Below, piece by piece: positions 41,240-51,254 of a stretch of 64,000 bases of DNA. The DNA is from Klebsiella phage vB_KM5a1-KLB31. The notes beneath the pieces were generated by a model, which ran no database searches, was not told where the DNA came from, and worked only from the letters and a program-made list of their open reading frames with translations. Location: the sequence record PP582757.1; one strand, given 5' to 3'. A program made the translations under genes and the position numbers. How positions within the stretch are numbered: the stretch's first letter is position 1; every line of letters starts with the position of its first letter.

Positions 41240-42235
41240 TTAAATAGCCTTTTGATTAATATAAGACAGAAGCTCTTCAGTATGTTCCCAACCAATACAG
41301 GCATCTGTAATAGAAACACCATAGAGCATATTATCAGAAATCTTTTGATTTCCTTCATGTAGATTAGATTCTATCATAATACCTTTGACAAAGGCGTTAT
41401 CTGCTACCAATCTGCCAACATGAAGTTGATTTGAGAAATAACCGGTCGCATTAGCATGACTACAGTCAACCATAACGTTATGATTAAGACTTTGAGCTGA
41501 AGCAGCAACTACGGCTTCATTAATATCGGACTCTGAATAATTAGGTCCTTCACTACCACCACGCAATACGATATGGGTATTAACATTGCCTTCGGCATGA
41601 ACGATACCTACTTTACCATCATGGTCCATACCCATATAACGATGCGGATACGCCGCAGAAAGAATTGCATCAGTAGCAACCTTAACAGAACCATTTGTTC
41701 CATTTTTAAAGCCAACGCACATAGGCAGGCCTGAAGCAATTTCACGGTGAGTCTGGCTCTCGGTTGTACGAGCACCGATTGCGACCCAAGAGAAAATACC
41801 TGTAAGATACTTAATCGTGAATGGGTCTAACACTTCAGTCGCTAGTGGCAGGCCTAAGCTTAATAGTTCTAAGCAAAGTTCACGAGCCATTTCGAGCCCA
41901 CGGTTTATGTCAAATGAGCCATTCAATTCTGGGTCATTAATGAAACCTTTCCAACCTACAGTTGTTCTTGGTTTCTCAAAATAAACACGCATAACCAAAA
42001 GAAGATTTGGAAATTGTTTTTGTACTTCGGCTAAACGTTCACCGTATTCGAGAGCAGCTTTAGGGTCATGAATTGAACAAGGGCCTACAACAATAATTTT
42101 GCGTGGGTCTTCGCCATTCATAATCGAATTTACTTGTTCACGATGAGCAGCAACTTGTTTTTCAAGTGCCACCGTCAAAGGATATGTTTCAACCAATGTT
42201 TTTGGAGAAATTAGTGATTCGACTAATGGTAGCAT
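41240..42235 (-). CDS. 3-deoxy-D-arabino-heptulosonate-7-phosphate (DAHP) synthase, class I alpha (AroG/AroF/AroH-like)
   Basis: 331 aa. IIVVGPCSIHDP, MRVYFEKPRTTVGWKGFINDP, IGARTTESQTHREIASGL, GFKNGTNGS and VSITDACIGWE are near-identical to the E. coli AroG core motifs. Confidence 0.85.
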   Translation of the reverse strand: MLPLVESLISPKTLVETYPLTVALEKQVAAHREQVNSIMNGEDPRKIIVVGPCSIHDPKAALEYGERLAEVQKQFPNLLLVMRVYFEKPRTTVGWKGFINDPELNGSFDINRGLEMARELCLELLSLGLPLATEVLDPFTIKYLTGIFSWVAIGARTTESQTHREIASGLPMCVGFKNGTNGSVKVATDAILSAAYPHRYMGMDHDGKVGIVHAEGNVNTHIVLRGGSEGPNYSESDINEAVVAASAQSLNHNVMVDCSHANATGYFSNQLHVGRLVADNAFVKGIMIESNLHEGNQKISDNMLYGVSITDACIGWEHTEELLSYINQKAI

Positions 42236-42244
42236 TATTTTACC

Positions 42245-42496
42245 TTAATTTTTATAAACGGAAACCGATTCTACTCGACCATCCATATGTCTAACGATAT
42301 TATAATATTCTTCTGAATAAGCAAGAGTATCTTTTTCGCCTTTTTCAATGGTAATCAAATATGAAACAGGACTTTCTTGTTGAACGCGCACTTTTACGTC
42401 ATCACGTCGTTCAGAGATTTTATTAATCAGGGCCTGAGCAAACTGAGGGATTGCTGCGGCGAATTCTTCGATAGAAAACTGTTTATCTGAAATCAT
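42245..42496 (-). CDS. Hypothetical protein
   Basis: 83 aa ORF. ATGA-coupled within the cd-pseT accessory cassette. Confidence 0.4.
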   Translation of the reverse strand: MISDKQFSIEEFAAAIPQFAQALINKISERRDDVKVRVQQESPVSYLITIEKGEKDTLAYSEEYYNIVRHMDGRVESVSVYKN

Positions 42497-42771
42497 GCTA
42501 CGGCCACCTGTACTGAATTAGCATCATAGTCCACTGTAACAAAAACATACAGCGGTTCGGTATCGCCACAATCAATTTCTACTTCGCAAGTAGAAACAAA
42601 AGAAGTATGATTAATAGATACTTTCTGAACATCAGGAGCCAGAATAGCTAGTGCGCCAGTTACTTCAGCATGAACTTTAAGTTCGCCCGGGACATCACGT
42701 TTAGTCAGGCAATGATTACCAAGGACCTGACGGAATACCATACTTACTAATTCAGAATATTTAGGGAACAT
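42493..42771 (-). CDS. Hypothetical protein
   Basis: 92 aa ORF in the cd-pseT accessory cassette. Confidence 0.4.
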   Translation of the reverse strand: MFPKYSELVSMVFRQVLGNHCLTKRDVPGELKVHAEVTGALAILAPDVQKVSINHTSFVSTCEVEIDCGDTEPLYVFVTVDYDANSVQVAVA

Positions 42772-42781
42772 TTTGTTTTCC

Positions 42782-43030
42782 TCAATGGACAGTGTGAACT
42801 ACGACACGAACAACGAATGCTACTACAGGGTCGTTGATTGGTGGGAACTCAACGTAATATTCTCCCTGATAGCGTTTGTTCAGGTCAGTACGGATTTCAG
42901 CAATAGCATTAATCAACGCAGGGTTGAATACTGCACCTTGGAGCTTACGAAGCATTTTATAGGCTTCTTGCTCGACTTCATGATGTTTATCGTACATATC
43001 ATTTTCCTCATATGACCGGAAGTGCATCAT
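42782..43030 (-). CDS. Hypothetical protein
   Basis: 82 aa. First gene after the early promoter at 43018-43060. AGGAAAATGAT Shine-Dalgarno then ATG. Confidence 0.4.
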   Translation of the reverse strand: MMHFRSYEENDMYDKHHEVEQEAYKMLRKLQGAVFNPALINAIAEIRTDLNKRYQGEYYVEFPPINDPVVAFVVRVVVHTVH

Positions 43031-43057
43031 ATCACATACTTCCGGCGTTGTAAACAG

Positions 43058-43060
<3 letters not shown>
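43018..43060 (-). promoter_or_regulatory. Early promoter with the -10 inside an 8-bp perfect palindrome
   Basis: rc: GTTTACAacgCCGGAAGTatgtgaTATGATgcACTTCCGGtcatATGAGGAA. Confidence 0.5.
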
Positions 43061-44117
<1,057 letters not shown>

Positions 44118-44121
<4 letters not shown>

Positions 44122-44600
44122 ACGCCAAGTTCCTCATACAATTCCGCGCGTAAAGTTTTAAGGAGCTTACCAGTTTCATAAGCATGGTGCTCACCAATAT
44201 TGCCATCACCAACCGAACGTTGAGTCGCACCATGATGTTTAGCTGCTTCTTCGAAACGTTTCACAATATCACGAACGCGTTCTAATTCATTATATTCTTC
44301 AATGAACTCTGGATATTCCCAGACAGGACGCATCATACGATACCAGTTTTGAAGCGTAATATAATTTGATTCAAGAAGATTGAAAACCTGAGAAGGCAGG
44401 TCGGAACCAGGCGCATAGAAAGTAACTTGGGTTACCATATCTTGCCCATTGATACGAGTCCAAGTATAAGAAAACGTCGCTTTCTTTTCGAGAGGAGTTT
44501 TCATGCATGAACCGATTTTGAGAAGGTCTTTAAGACCAGGAGATTTGATACCAGAGATGTACTCTGCATGTGCTACGAAAGAGTTGTTACGTAAAGTCAT
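44118..44600 (-). CDS. Hypothetical protein; one of two candidates for Alc in the pseT-rnlA interval
   Basis: 160 aa. The first of three translationally coupled ORFs ending in pseT (this ORF, the 55-aa ORF at 43954-44121, pseT). In T4 alc lies between pseT and rnlA, but the Alc sequence is not recalled well enough to assign it. Confidence 0.4.
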
Positions 44601-44643
44601 AATATTTTCCTCAGTTTGAGATATCCGTGGAGGGCCGAAGCCC

Positions 44644-44937
44644 TCATTTACATTTTGTTTCTTTCAGGTCTTTACGGTAGTAACATATCACATCATTTGA
44701 ATCTTTAACATATCTGCTGATATCATCCATCCAAGAACGATATTTCTGTGACTCTTCAAATGGCATACCTACCCAGGCTTTTCCATCGATTACTTTTACT
44801 TCCCACTTACTGTCATAAGCCTTAATAGGGTCTGGCCAGGATGGATGGACCTTTTCAACTTTAGTGGGCTCAGGTAACGCCTGGGAACATCCGGTCACTA
44901 AGACAGATAAACATATGGCTGCGATTTTTAAATTCAT
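44644..44937 (-). CDS. Outer-membrane spanin (o-spanin) lipoprotein
   Basis: 97 aa. Signal peptide plus lipobox (MNLKIAAICLSVLVTGC), C-terminal Cys. Starts 4 nt inside the preceding i-spanin gene. Confidence 0.6.
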   Translation of the reverse strand: MNLKIAAICLSVLVTGCSQALPEPTKVEKVHPSWPDPIKAYDSKWEVKVIDGKAWVGMPFEESQKYRSWMDDISRYVKDSNDVICYYRKDLKETKCK

Positions 44938-45284
44938 TTCGTCGCCTCCTGGAGGTCCTGAGCAAACTTATTGAAGCTTGCGTTAATTTGGTTTTCTACC
45001 AGTTGTGGCTTCTTGGCCACGACATCAGAACGCTTTGCATCTTTATCAAGCTTTTGGTCAGAAGCTTTTTGAGTCTGACGACGGTCGCTACGACTCTTGT
45101 CAATAGCCTGAAGGCCTTTAAAATCATCTTGCAGAGTTTTAATCTGCTCTGATTGTGTTTTGGCTGTTTGTGTCACTGTCTCTAAATCAGCAGACAATGA
45201 CTCAATACGTAGGTTTTGAACAAATAGTCCTGCACCAGCCAGTGCAGCAATAATGACCATTGTTCCCCAGATATTTACTTGCAT
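44934..45284 (-). CDS. Inner-membrane spanin (i-spanin)
   Basis: 116 aa. N-terminal transmembrane segment (VIIAALAGAGLFV), then a charged coiled-coil periplasmic domain. Sizes match T4 PseT.3 and PseT.2. Confidence 0.6.
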   Translation of the reverse strand: MQVNIWGTMVIIAALAGAGLFVQNLRIESLSADLETVTQTAKTQSEQIKTLQDDFKGLQAIDKSRSDRRQTQKASDQKLDKDAKRSDVVAKKPQLVENQINASFNKFAQDLQEATK

Positions 45285-45772
45285 AACTTTTTGATAACCT
45301 CTACGATATCGTCACGAGATAGGCCATTAACCAGAACATGACGAGCAGATTCAGATTGGACTTTATGGCTGTTATCGATAAGCTCTGCAACTTCGTCTGA
45401 AGAAAGTGTGCTGTGAGCGATACCGAGACGATTGAACTTATCTGTAAGTGGGTCACAGATAATGTAGAATTTATGCCCATCAATATGGACATTAGGCTGA
45501 CTGATGTTAATGAACACCTCAGCATTAGGCAGGTTGTTGGACAAGAACTCAACCATTGTATCAACCGCCTGGGGCATTGCTTCGCGACGTTCTTCGGTCT
45601 GCTTTGTGCTATAAGCTTTCTGTTTGACCTTTTGAGCCAATTTGCGGCCGAGTGTTAAACGAAGGTCAGAGAGAAAACCTACACGCTTCGTTCCTTTATA
45701 TACACTGATTCCGTCATGACGATCGCCAAATTCGGTTACTACCATGTCATTAGAGATAAGCTGTAAATTCAT
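45275..45772 (-). CDS. Hypothetical protein; second Alc candidate (immediately downstream of rnlA)
   Basis: 165 aa. Has its own early promoter at 45781-45830. Confidence 0.4.
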   Translation of the reverse strand: MNLQLISNDMVVTEFGDRHDGISVYKGTKRVGFLSDLRLTLGRKLAQKVKQKAYSTKQTEERREAMPQAVDTMVEFLSNNLPNAEVFINISQPNVHIDGHKFYIICDPLTDKFNRLGIAHSTLSSDEVAELIDNSHKVQSESARHVLVNGLSRDDIVEVIKKLCK

Positions 45773-45780
45773 ATTAATTT

Positions 45781-45830
45781 CCTCATGATTGGGTGTAAGG
45801 ACATTCTATCACACCTTACACCCATTGTAA
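45781..45830 (-). promoter_or_regulatory. Early promoter with the -10 inside a 10-bp palindrome
   Basis: rc: GTTTACAatGGGTGTAAGGtgtgaTAGAATgtCCTTACACCCaatcATGAGGA. Confidence 0.45.
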
Positions 45831-45831
45831 A

Positions 45832-46983
45832 CTACTCTTCAACAACTTTAATTGTTGAGTATTCAGCTGGAACCAGAGTCTTGTGTTCTTTCATGAAAAC
45901 AGACGAGATTCGTTCGACAACTTTATCATAGTCGATACCATTACCGAAAGCCATCATAATGATGCCAAACAGACCAGGTTTAGACTTCAAGACTGTCTGA
46001 GCAGTTACAGCATAATCTTTACGATCTTTGCCGGCGATAACAGCATAAAGTGATTCGAGTTCTGCAAGAGATTCTGTCAGATAGTCACGATAGATGTCTT
46101 CGAAGGTTTCGATTTTTCTGATAGCATAATCGTCGCCAAAGAACATTGCCTTGATATCGTCAGAACCACCTGCAATAATCACTTCAAACAGGCGTTGGTT
46201 ATTGTTGATTGAATCTTTAGTGTGGTGCAGTGCACTGTACCATTTAGTTTTCAGTTTAAATTTCTGGCCTGATTCGAGTTCAAAGATAAACCCTTCGATA
46301 CCTTCTTGGGCTCGGATTTCTTCAATGAAGTCTTCGTTGCTCGTATCAAAGTCATAACCACGAACCAGATAAGGACGAAGAACACCGTCTTTAAAAAGCT
46401 CTGTGTACGGAACGTATTCGCCTGTATCATTTTCACGAACGTTGAGCAGAATCAGATTTCGGTCTTGATAATCAAGAACGATTCGATTTGTCGGAGCAAC
46501 ATACTCAAAGTTACAAGTAAAACCATTTTTAGCGAGTTCAGACACACGTTCTTTAAATGCATCATTGCTTGGAGCGGAAATCCATTGGAGAGCTTCGGCG
46601 GCCTGTTGGCTATAAACAGAAGTCTTTGACTTCATGCCAAGACGACCTTTGTCAATATAAGAAGAGATAAGAGAACCATCTTCTTTAGCCATTGCCAAGA
46701 CGACTTTGGTCAGGTCTAACCCAATAGTGAAAGGACATTCATTAAGGTTAAAGAACTTTTCCATTGGACGAGATGCGATACGGACTGGTTTATCACCATC
46801 CATTTCAAACATGATGCCACGGCATTCTAAAGCAGAAGGCTCAAGCCAATCAGTGTAAGAAGCTAAATGATAGCTGAACACGCGGAAATCAGTATCAAGA
46901 GCAGATTTAAAATCTTTGAAGAAGAACTTAGTTTTATCGCGTTCAGTTACAGCCATCAGTTCATTGAATAATTTTTGCATCAC
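45832..46983 (-). CDS. rnlA: RNA ligase 1
   Basis: 383 aa. ALECRGIMFEMDGDKPVRIASRPMEKFFNLNE (adenylation Lys motif) and NFEYVAPTNRIVL match T4 Rnl1. Confidence 0.9.
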   Translation of the reverse strand: MMQKLFNELMAVTERDKTKFFFKDFKSALDTDFRVFSYHLASYTDWLEPSALECRGIMFEMDGDKPVRIASRPMEKFFNLNECPFTIGLDLTKVVLAMAKEDGSLISSYIDKGRLGMKSKTSVYSQQAAEALQWISAPSNDAFKERVSELAKNGFTCNFEYVAPTNRIVLDYQDRNLILLNVRENDTGEYVPYTELFKDGVLRPYLVRGYDFDTSNEDFIEEIRAQEGIEGFIFELESGQKFKLKTKWYSALHHTKDSINNNQRLFEVIIAGGSDDIKAMFFGDDYAIRKIETFEDIYRDYLTESLAELESLYAVIAGKDRKDYAVTAQTVLKSKPGLFGIIMMAFGNGIDYDKVVERISSVFMKEHKTLVPAEYSTIKVVEE

Positions 46984-47390
46984 TTAACCTTATGTTGTGT
47001 ATTCCACGGTGGATTGAAGAGCTTGATAAACATTGGCTCTTCCAAGTCAGTAGTAGAAACTGACATTGTTCCAAGCTCGTTTGTCATTGATAGGTTAAAA
47101 CACTGACGTGCATAGAACTCTACCTTTTTACCAGATATTAACGCATCGTATATTGCAGCAGATTTAATCGAATCACTATTTTGCATTGTCCGATTAATGC
47201 TTGTTCTATAATAGTTTATTCGTTTACGTAAGTTTTTAGTTTTCCCGATGTACATTAACTCTTCATCGACGGCGATAGCGTAAATAACATTTTGCTTATT
47301 CGGTACCGTAAGAGTTTGGATTGTGCAATCGTCATTGAGCTCTAATGTAACATACTTTATAAACGAATATTCATTTGCTATAGCTTGCAT
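46980..47390 (-). CDS. denA: Endonuclease II (GIY-YIG family)
   Basis: 136 aa, the same length as T4 EndoII. EYSFIKY, NVIYAIAVDEELMYIGKTKNLRKRINYYR (GIY-YIG), and KVEFYARQCFNLSMTNELGTM are near-identical to T4. Confidence 0.9.
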   Translation of the reverse strand: MQAIANEYSFIKYVTLELNDDCTIQTLTVPNKQNVIYAIAVDEELMYIGKTKNLRKRINYYRTSINRTMQNSDSIKSAAIYDALISGKKVEFYARQCFNLSMTNELGTMSVSTTDLEEPMFIKLFNPPWNTQHKVK

Positions 47391-47397
47391 ATGAAAT

Positions 47398-47413
47398 CAG
47401 GGCCGAAGCCCTG
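47398..47413 (-). other. Intercistronic UUCG-tetraloop hairpin between nrdB and denA (CAGGGC-UUCG-GCCCUG)
   Basis: Plus strand cagggccgaagccctg lies between the nrdB stop and the denA ATG. Confidence 0.5.
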
Positions 47414-47416
47414 TCC

Positions 47417-48595
47417 TTAAAGATAAACTCTGAAACCGTTCAGCACATCTGCATCGACGTCATTATCGATTTGAGCAACCAAGTAAGAAGAAATTTCTAC
47501 TTCTTGTGGTGCTGCCTGTACAAGGTCAGAGTTCAGATATTCACGAATCCAAGGAATAGGATGTCGTGTTGATTCAAGTACAATATCACATGGCAGGCCA
47601 GCAGCTTTCATTCTGCTTACAGTCAGGTAATCAATGAACTGGTGCAGAACTTCAACGTTCAGACCTGGCAGACCACCATTACGGAACAGGTGAATGGCCC
47701 ATTCTTTTTCTTGACGGTTCACATCCATGAAGATTTTTACTGCTTCGGCTTCACATTCTTTAGCAATATCAACCCATTCTTGTCCATCAGTACCAAGTTG
47801 AAGCTGACGAATAATGTACTGAGTAGATTTCAGGTGAAGCTGTTCGTCACGTGCAATGAACTTCATAATCTTGCTGTTACCTTCCATGATTTCCATATTC
47901 TTATGGAAGTTGAAGGTACAAGCGAACGAAACATAGAAACGAATTGCTTCAAGAGCATTGACAGAATGCAGACACAGATAAAGAGCTTTCATCAGGTCAT
48001 GTTTGCAATTATCAGCATGGTCACGAGCATCCTGAATAAATTCTTCGTCGTGTTCAGTGCCTTCATAAAATTCTACATCGGCAACAGCATTCTGCCAATA
48101 ACGAGTTTTAGCCAGAACATCATCATACAATACGCCGATAGATTCTGCACGAGCCATAATAGCTTCATCGAGAATAATTTCGTCGAAGATTTTAGCCGGG
48201 TCAGCGAACAGGTTACGCATGATATGTGTATAAGAACGACTATGGATAGTCTCAGAGAATGTCCAAGTAGCAACCCATGTGTCTAATGCTGGATCGGAAA
48301 TCAAAGCCATCAGGACCGCTGCAGGCGCACGACCTTGAATAGAATCCAGCAGACTTTGGTATTTAAGATTGGAAATAAAGATGTCTTGCTGGTGATCGGC
48401 TAATTTGTCGAATTGAGCCTTATCGGTCATCAGGTTAACTTCTTCAGGTCGCCAGAAGAAACTCAATTGCTTTTCGGTGAGGTCTTCAAATTGTTTGTGA
48501 CGCTGAATATCATAACGAGCAATACCAAGTCCTGAGCCAAAGAACATCGGTTCGTTCATGATATCAACTTGTTCTGTATTAAAAACTGTACTCAT
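47417..48595 (-). CDS. nrdB: Ribonucleotide reductase small subunit, intron-less
   Basis: 392 aa. Di-iron and radical motifs (WTFSETIHSRSYTHI, EAIRFYVSFACTF). The reading frame is uninterrupted, whereas T4 nrdB carries a group I intron. Confidence 0.95.
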   Translation of the reverse strand: MSTVFNTEQVDIMNEPMFFGSGLGIARYDIQRHKQFEDLTEKQLSFFWRPEEVNLMTDKAQFDKLADHQQDIFISNLKYQSLLDSIQGRAPAAVLMALISDPALDTWVATWTFSETIHSRSYTHIMRNLFADPAKIFDEIILDEAIMARAESIGVLYDDVLAKTRYWQNAVADVEFYEGTEHDEEFIQDARDHADNCKHDLMKALYLCLHSVNALEAIRFYVSFACTFNFHKNMEIMEGNSKIMKFIARDEQLHLKSTQYIIRQLQLGTDGQEWVDIAKECEAEAVKIFMDVNRQEKEWAIHLFRNGGLPGLNVEVLHQFIDYLTVSRMKAAGLPCDIVLESTRHPIPWIREYLNSDLVQAAPQEVEISSYLVAQIDNDVDADVLNGFRVYL

Positions 48596-48756
48596 AGGGT
48601 ATACATCCTGTTCATTAATTCTGGTGTAGGTCGCATTGCTTCAGCTTGACGGCAAAATTCTTCGTCTAAAGCCATTAGCCTTGCCTTAATCTTTTCTTTA
48701 TCTTCATCAGTCAAAACGATTTCATGAGATAATGCAATCAAATCTTGAACAGTCAT
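48592..48756 (-). CDS. Small ORF (54 aa) ATGA-coupled to nrdB; below the ORF-track size cutoff
   Basis: Hand translation gives MTVQDLIALSHEIVLTDEDKEKIKARLMALDEEFCRQAEAMRPTPELMNRMYTL. Its TGA overlaps the nrdB ATG. GAGGAAG Shine-Dalgarno upstream. Confidence 0.35.
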   Translation of the reverse strand: MTVQDLIALSHEIVLTDEDKEKIKARLMALDEEFCRQAEAMRPTPELMNRMYTL

Positions 48757-48959
48757 TTAACTTCCTCATATCTGAAATCTAAAGACTTATATTGTTTGTT
48801 TGAGAATACAACGCCAATCTTAATACCTTCCATAAGATTGTATAAAGCAGTATGGTGTTTTGCTTTAATAGGAACTTCTCTTAAATCTGCTCTTGTAAGC
48901 AGGCGTTCCTTACCATCAATAATCATATAGATGTCGTATGTCTTTTTAGCATGTTTCAT
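48753..48959 (-). CDS. Hypothetical small protein (68 aa from the Shine-Dalgarno-preceded ATG at 48959)
   Basis: GAGGAGAGTAAA-ATG. Stop overlaps the next ATG (ATGA). Confidence 0.4.
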   Translation of the reverse strand: MKHAKKTYDIYMIIDGKERLLTRADLREVPIKAKHHTALYNLMEGIKIGVVFSNKQYKSLDFRYEEVK

Positions 48960-48998
48960 TTTACTCTCCTCAAAAGGCTCGTCCATGAGCCAATTCTA

Positions 48999-51254
48999 TT
49001 ACAGTTTACAAGCAGCGCAATCGTCGGCTTTTGGCATTTCAATTTCGTAATCGTCAGTACCAGAACCATCACGAGTATTATGATAATAAGCCGTCTTACC
49101 ACCGAGTGACCAGAAGTAAAGCATATCACGCATCATCGTTGACATCTCGACCTTACCTTTAGGGAAGTTCTGAGGGTCATAATCAAAGTTCGTAGAAATA
49201 GACTGACATACGAATTTCTGCATAATTGCAGCCTGGGTCAGGTAACCACGCATACCACGTTTAGTCATCTGCCACAGATAATCATAAAGCTCGATATTAT
49301 CTTCAACCTTAGGAACAACCTGGTTAAACGAACCTTCTTTAGATTCTTTAACGCTTACTGGCCCACGCGGTGGCTCGATGCCGTTGGTACTATTTGATAC
49401 TTGTGAGGATGATTCACATGGCATAAGTGCCGAGAGTGTGCTATTACGAATGCCATATGTTGCAAGGTCTTCCCGCAGCTTCGACCAGTCACAAACATAG
49501 TTTGGCGCTGCGACATTGTCAATCTTTTTATTGTACCAGTCGATAGGTAATTCACCTCGAGACCAACGAGTGTCTGAATAATATTCGCAACGGCCTTTTT
49601 CTTTGGCGAGCTTGACGGAGGCAGTAATGAGTCCATACTGTAATCTTTCAAATAATTCGTGAGTCAAATCGTTAGCATCATCGTATGTAGCGAAGTTATT
49701 AGCCAGGAACCCGGCATAGTTCGTTACACCAACACCTAATGCACGACGCTTTTTAGCTTTCAGAGCTTCCTTAACCGGATAATCTTGATAATCAAGCAGG
49801 TTGTCAAGAGCACGTACCTGGATTTCGGCTAGTTCATTTACCATGTCCTGGTCTTGGTAATCAAAGCTATCCAGAACAAATGCCGCTAGCGTACACAGAG
49901 CGATTTCAGGGTCATCACCACCGACATCTTTAGTAGGCAAGGCAATTTCACAGCACAGGTTACTTTGTTTAACCGTTGCGATGTCACGAATAAACGGACC
50001 ATGGTCGCCGACATTATCTACGAAATAAGGATAAATTCGTGCAGTACCAGAACGTTCGGTGAAGAATGTTTCGAACAATTCGAGAGCTTTAATACGTTTC
50101 TTACGAACAGTTGGGTCACGTTCCAAGGTCGTATAAAGATTACGGAATGCTTCTGGGTCTTTAAAGTAATCTTCATAAAGCAGACCGGCACAAACTTCAG
50201 GGCTGAATAATGTGATGTAGTCATTCTTAATAAGACGTTCTAACATCAGGTCATTAATCTGGACGCCATAATCTAAGTGACGAATACGGTTCTCGTCTAC
50301 ACCTTTATTGTTCTTCAGAACGAGAAGGTTTTCGACTTCTAAGTGCCAGATTGGATAATACAATGTTGCTGCACCACCGCGTACACCACCTTGGGAACAT
50401 GATTTAACAGAAGCTTGAATAGTTTTCCAGAATGGAATCACGCCGGTGTGTTTGACTTCGCCATGGCCAATCTTAGAACCTTCTGCACGAATCATACCGG
50501 CGTTAACACCAATACCTGCGCGTTTACTGATGTACTTAATGATTGAAGCATTTGTGGTATTAATCGAATCCAGTGAATCACCACCTTCAATAACAACACA
50601 ACTACTAAACTGACGAGTCGGAGTACGAACACCTGCCATAATCGGAGTTGGCAGAGAAATCTGACGTTTACTTACGGCATCATAGAAACGAACAGCATGC
50701 TTAATACGATCAATCGGTTCGTCTTGATGCAGGCACATACCAATCAGCATAAATGCGAATTGAGGAGTCTCATATACCTTACCATTAGAACGGTTCTTGA
50801 CCAGGTATTTTTCTTTCAGCTGCATTGTTCCAGCGTACGTGAGTTCGAAGTCACGGTCGTGGTCGATACGAGATTCAAGATAAGCGATTTCTTCGGCAGA
50901 CCATTTCTGCAGGATTTCTTTATCATAAAGACCCGCATTGACAACACTAGAAATATGGTCGATAAATGACGGTGGTTCGAACTGTCCGTAGACGTCCTTA
51001 CGTAACGCAAACATAGCCAGATTAGAAGCAACATACTGGAAATCAGGCTCCTGAACAGAGATAGCATTCGCCGCTACTTTAATAATAGCGATTTGAATAT
51101 CACGGGTGCTCATACCGTCCTGAAGATATGGTTTCACTCGTTCGTACAAGTCATATGGGTCAATATTAGTATTTTTGGTTGCCCAATCCAATACTTGGAT
51201 AATTTTATGTGGTTCAAACAGCGTTGCAATACCGCTGGACTTTACTACTTGCAT
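48999..51254 (-). CDS. nrdA: Ribonucleotide reductase large subunit
   Basis: 751 aa (T4 NrdA is 754 aa). ATP-cone N-terminus, and catalytic motifs in the C-terminal half (the Cys439-equivalent signature sequence is not identified here). Confidence 0.95.
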   Translation of the reverse strand: MQVVKSSGIATLFEPHKIIQVLDWATKNTNIDPYDLYERVKPYLQDGMSTRDIQIAIIKVAANAISVQEPDFQYVASNLAMFALRKDVYGQFEPPSFIDHISSVVNAGLYDKEILQKWSAEEIAYLESRIDHDRDFELTYAGTMQLKEKYLVKNRSNGKVYETPQFAFMLIGMCLHQDEPIDRIKHAVRFYDAVSKRQISLPTPIMAGVRTPTRQFSSCVVIEGGDSLDSINTTNASIIKYISKRAGIGVNAGMIRAEGSKIGHGEVKHTGVIPFWKTIQASVKSCSQGGVRGGAATLYYPIWHLEVENLLVLKNNKGVDENRIRHLDYGVQINDLMLERLIKNDYITLFSPEVCAGLLYEDYFKDPEAFRNLYTTLERDPTVRKKRIKALELFETFFTERSGTARIYPYFVDNVGDHGPFIRDIATVKQSNLCCEIALPTKDVGGDDPEIALCTLAAFVLDSFDYQDQDMVNELAEIQVRALDNLLDYQDYPVKEALKAKKRRALGVGVTNYAGFLANNFATYDDANDLTHELFERLQYGLITASVKLAKEKGRCEYYSDTRWSRGELPIDWYNKKIDNVAAPNYVCDWSKLREDLATYGIRNSTLSALMPCESSSQVSNSTNGIEPPRGPVSVKESKEGSFNQVVPKVEDNIELYDYLWQMTKRGMRGYLTQAAIMQKFVCQSISTNFDYDPQNFPKGKVEMSTMMRDMLYFWSLGGKTAYYHNTRDGSGTDDYEIEMPKADDCAACKL

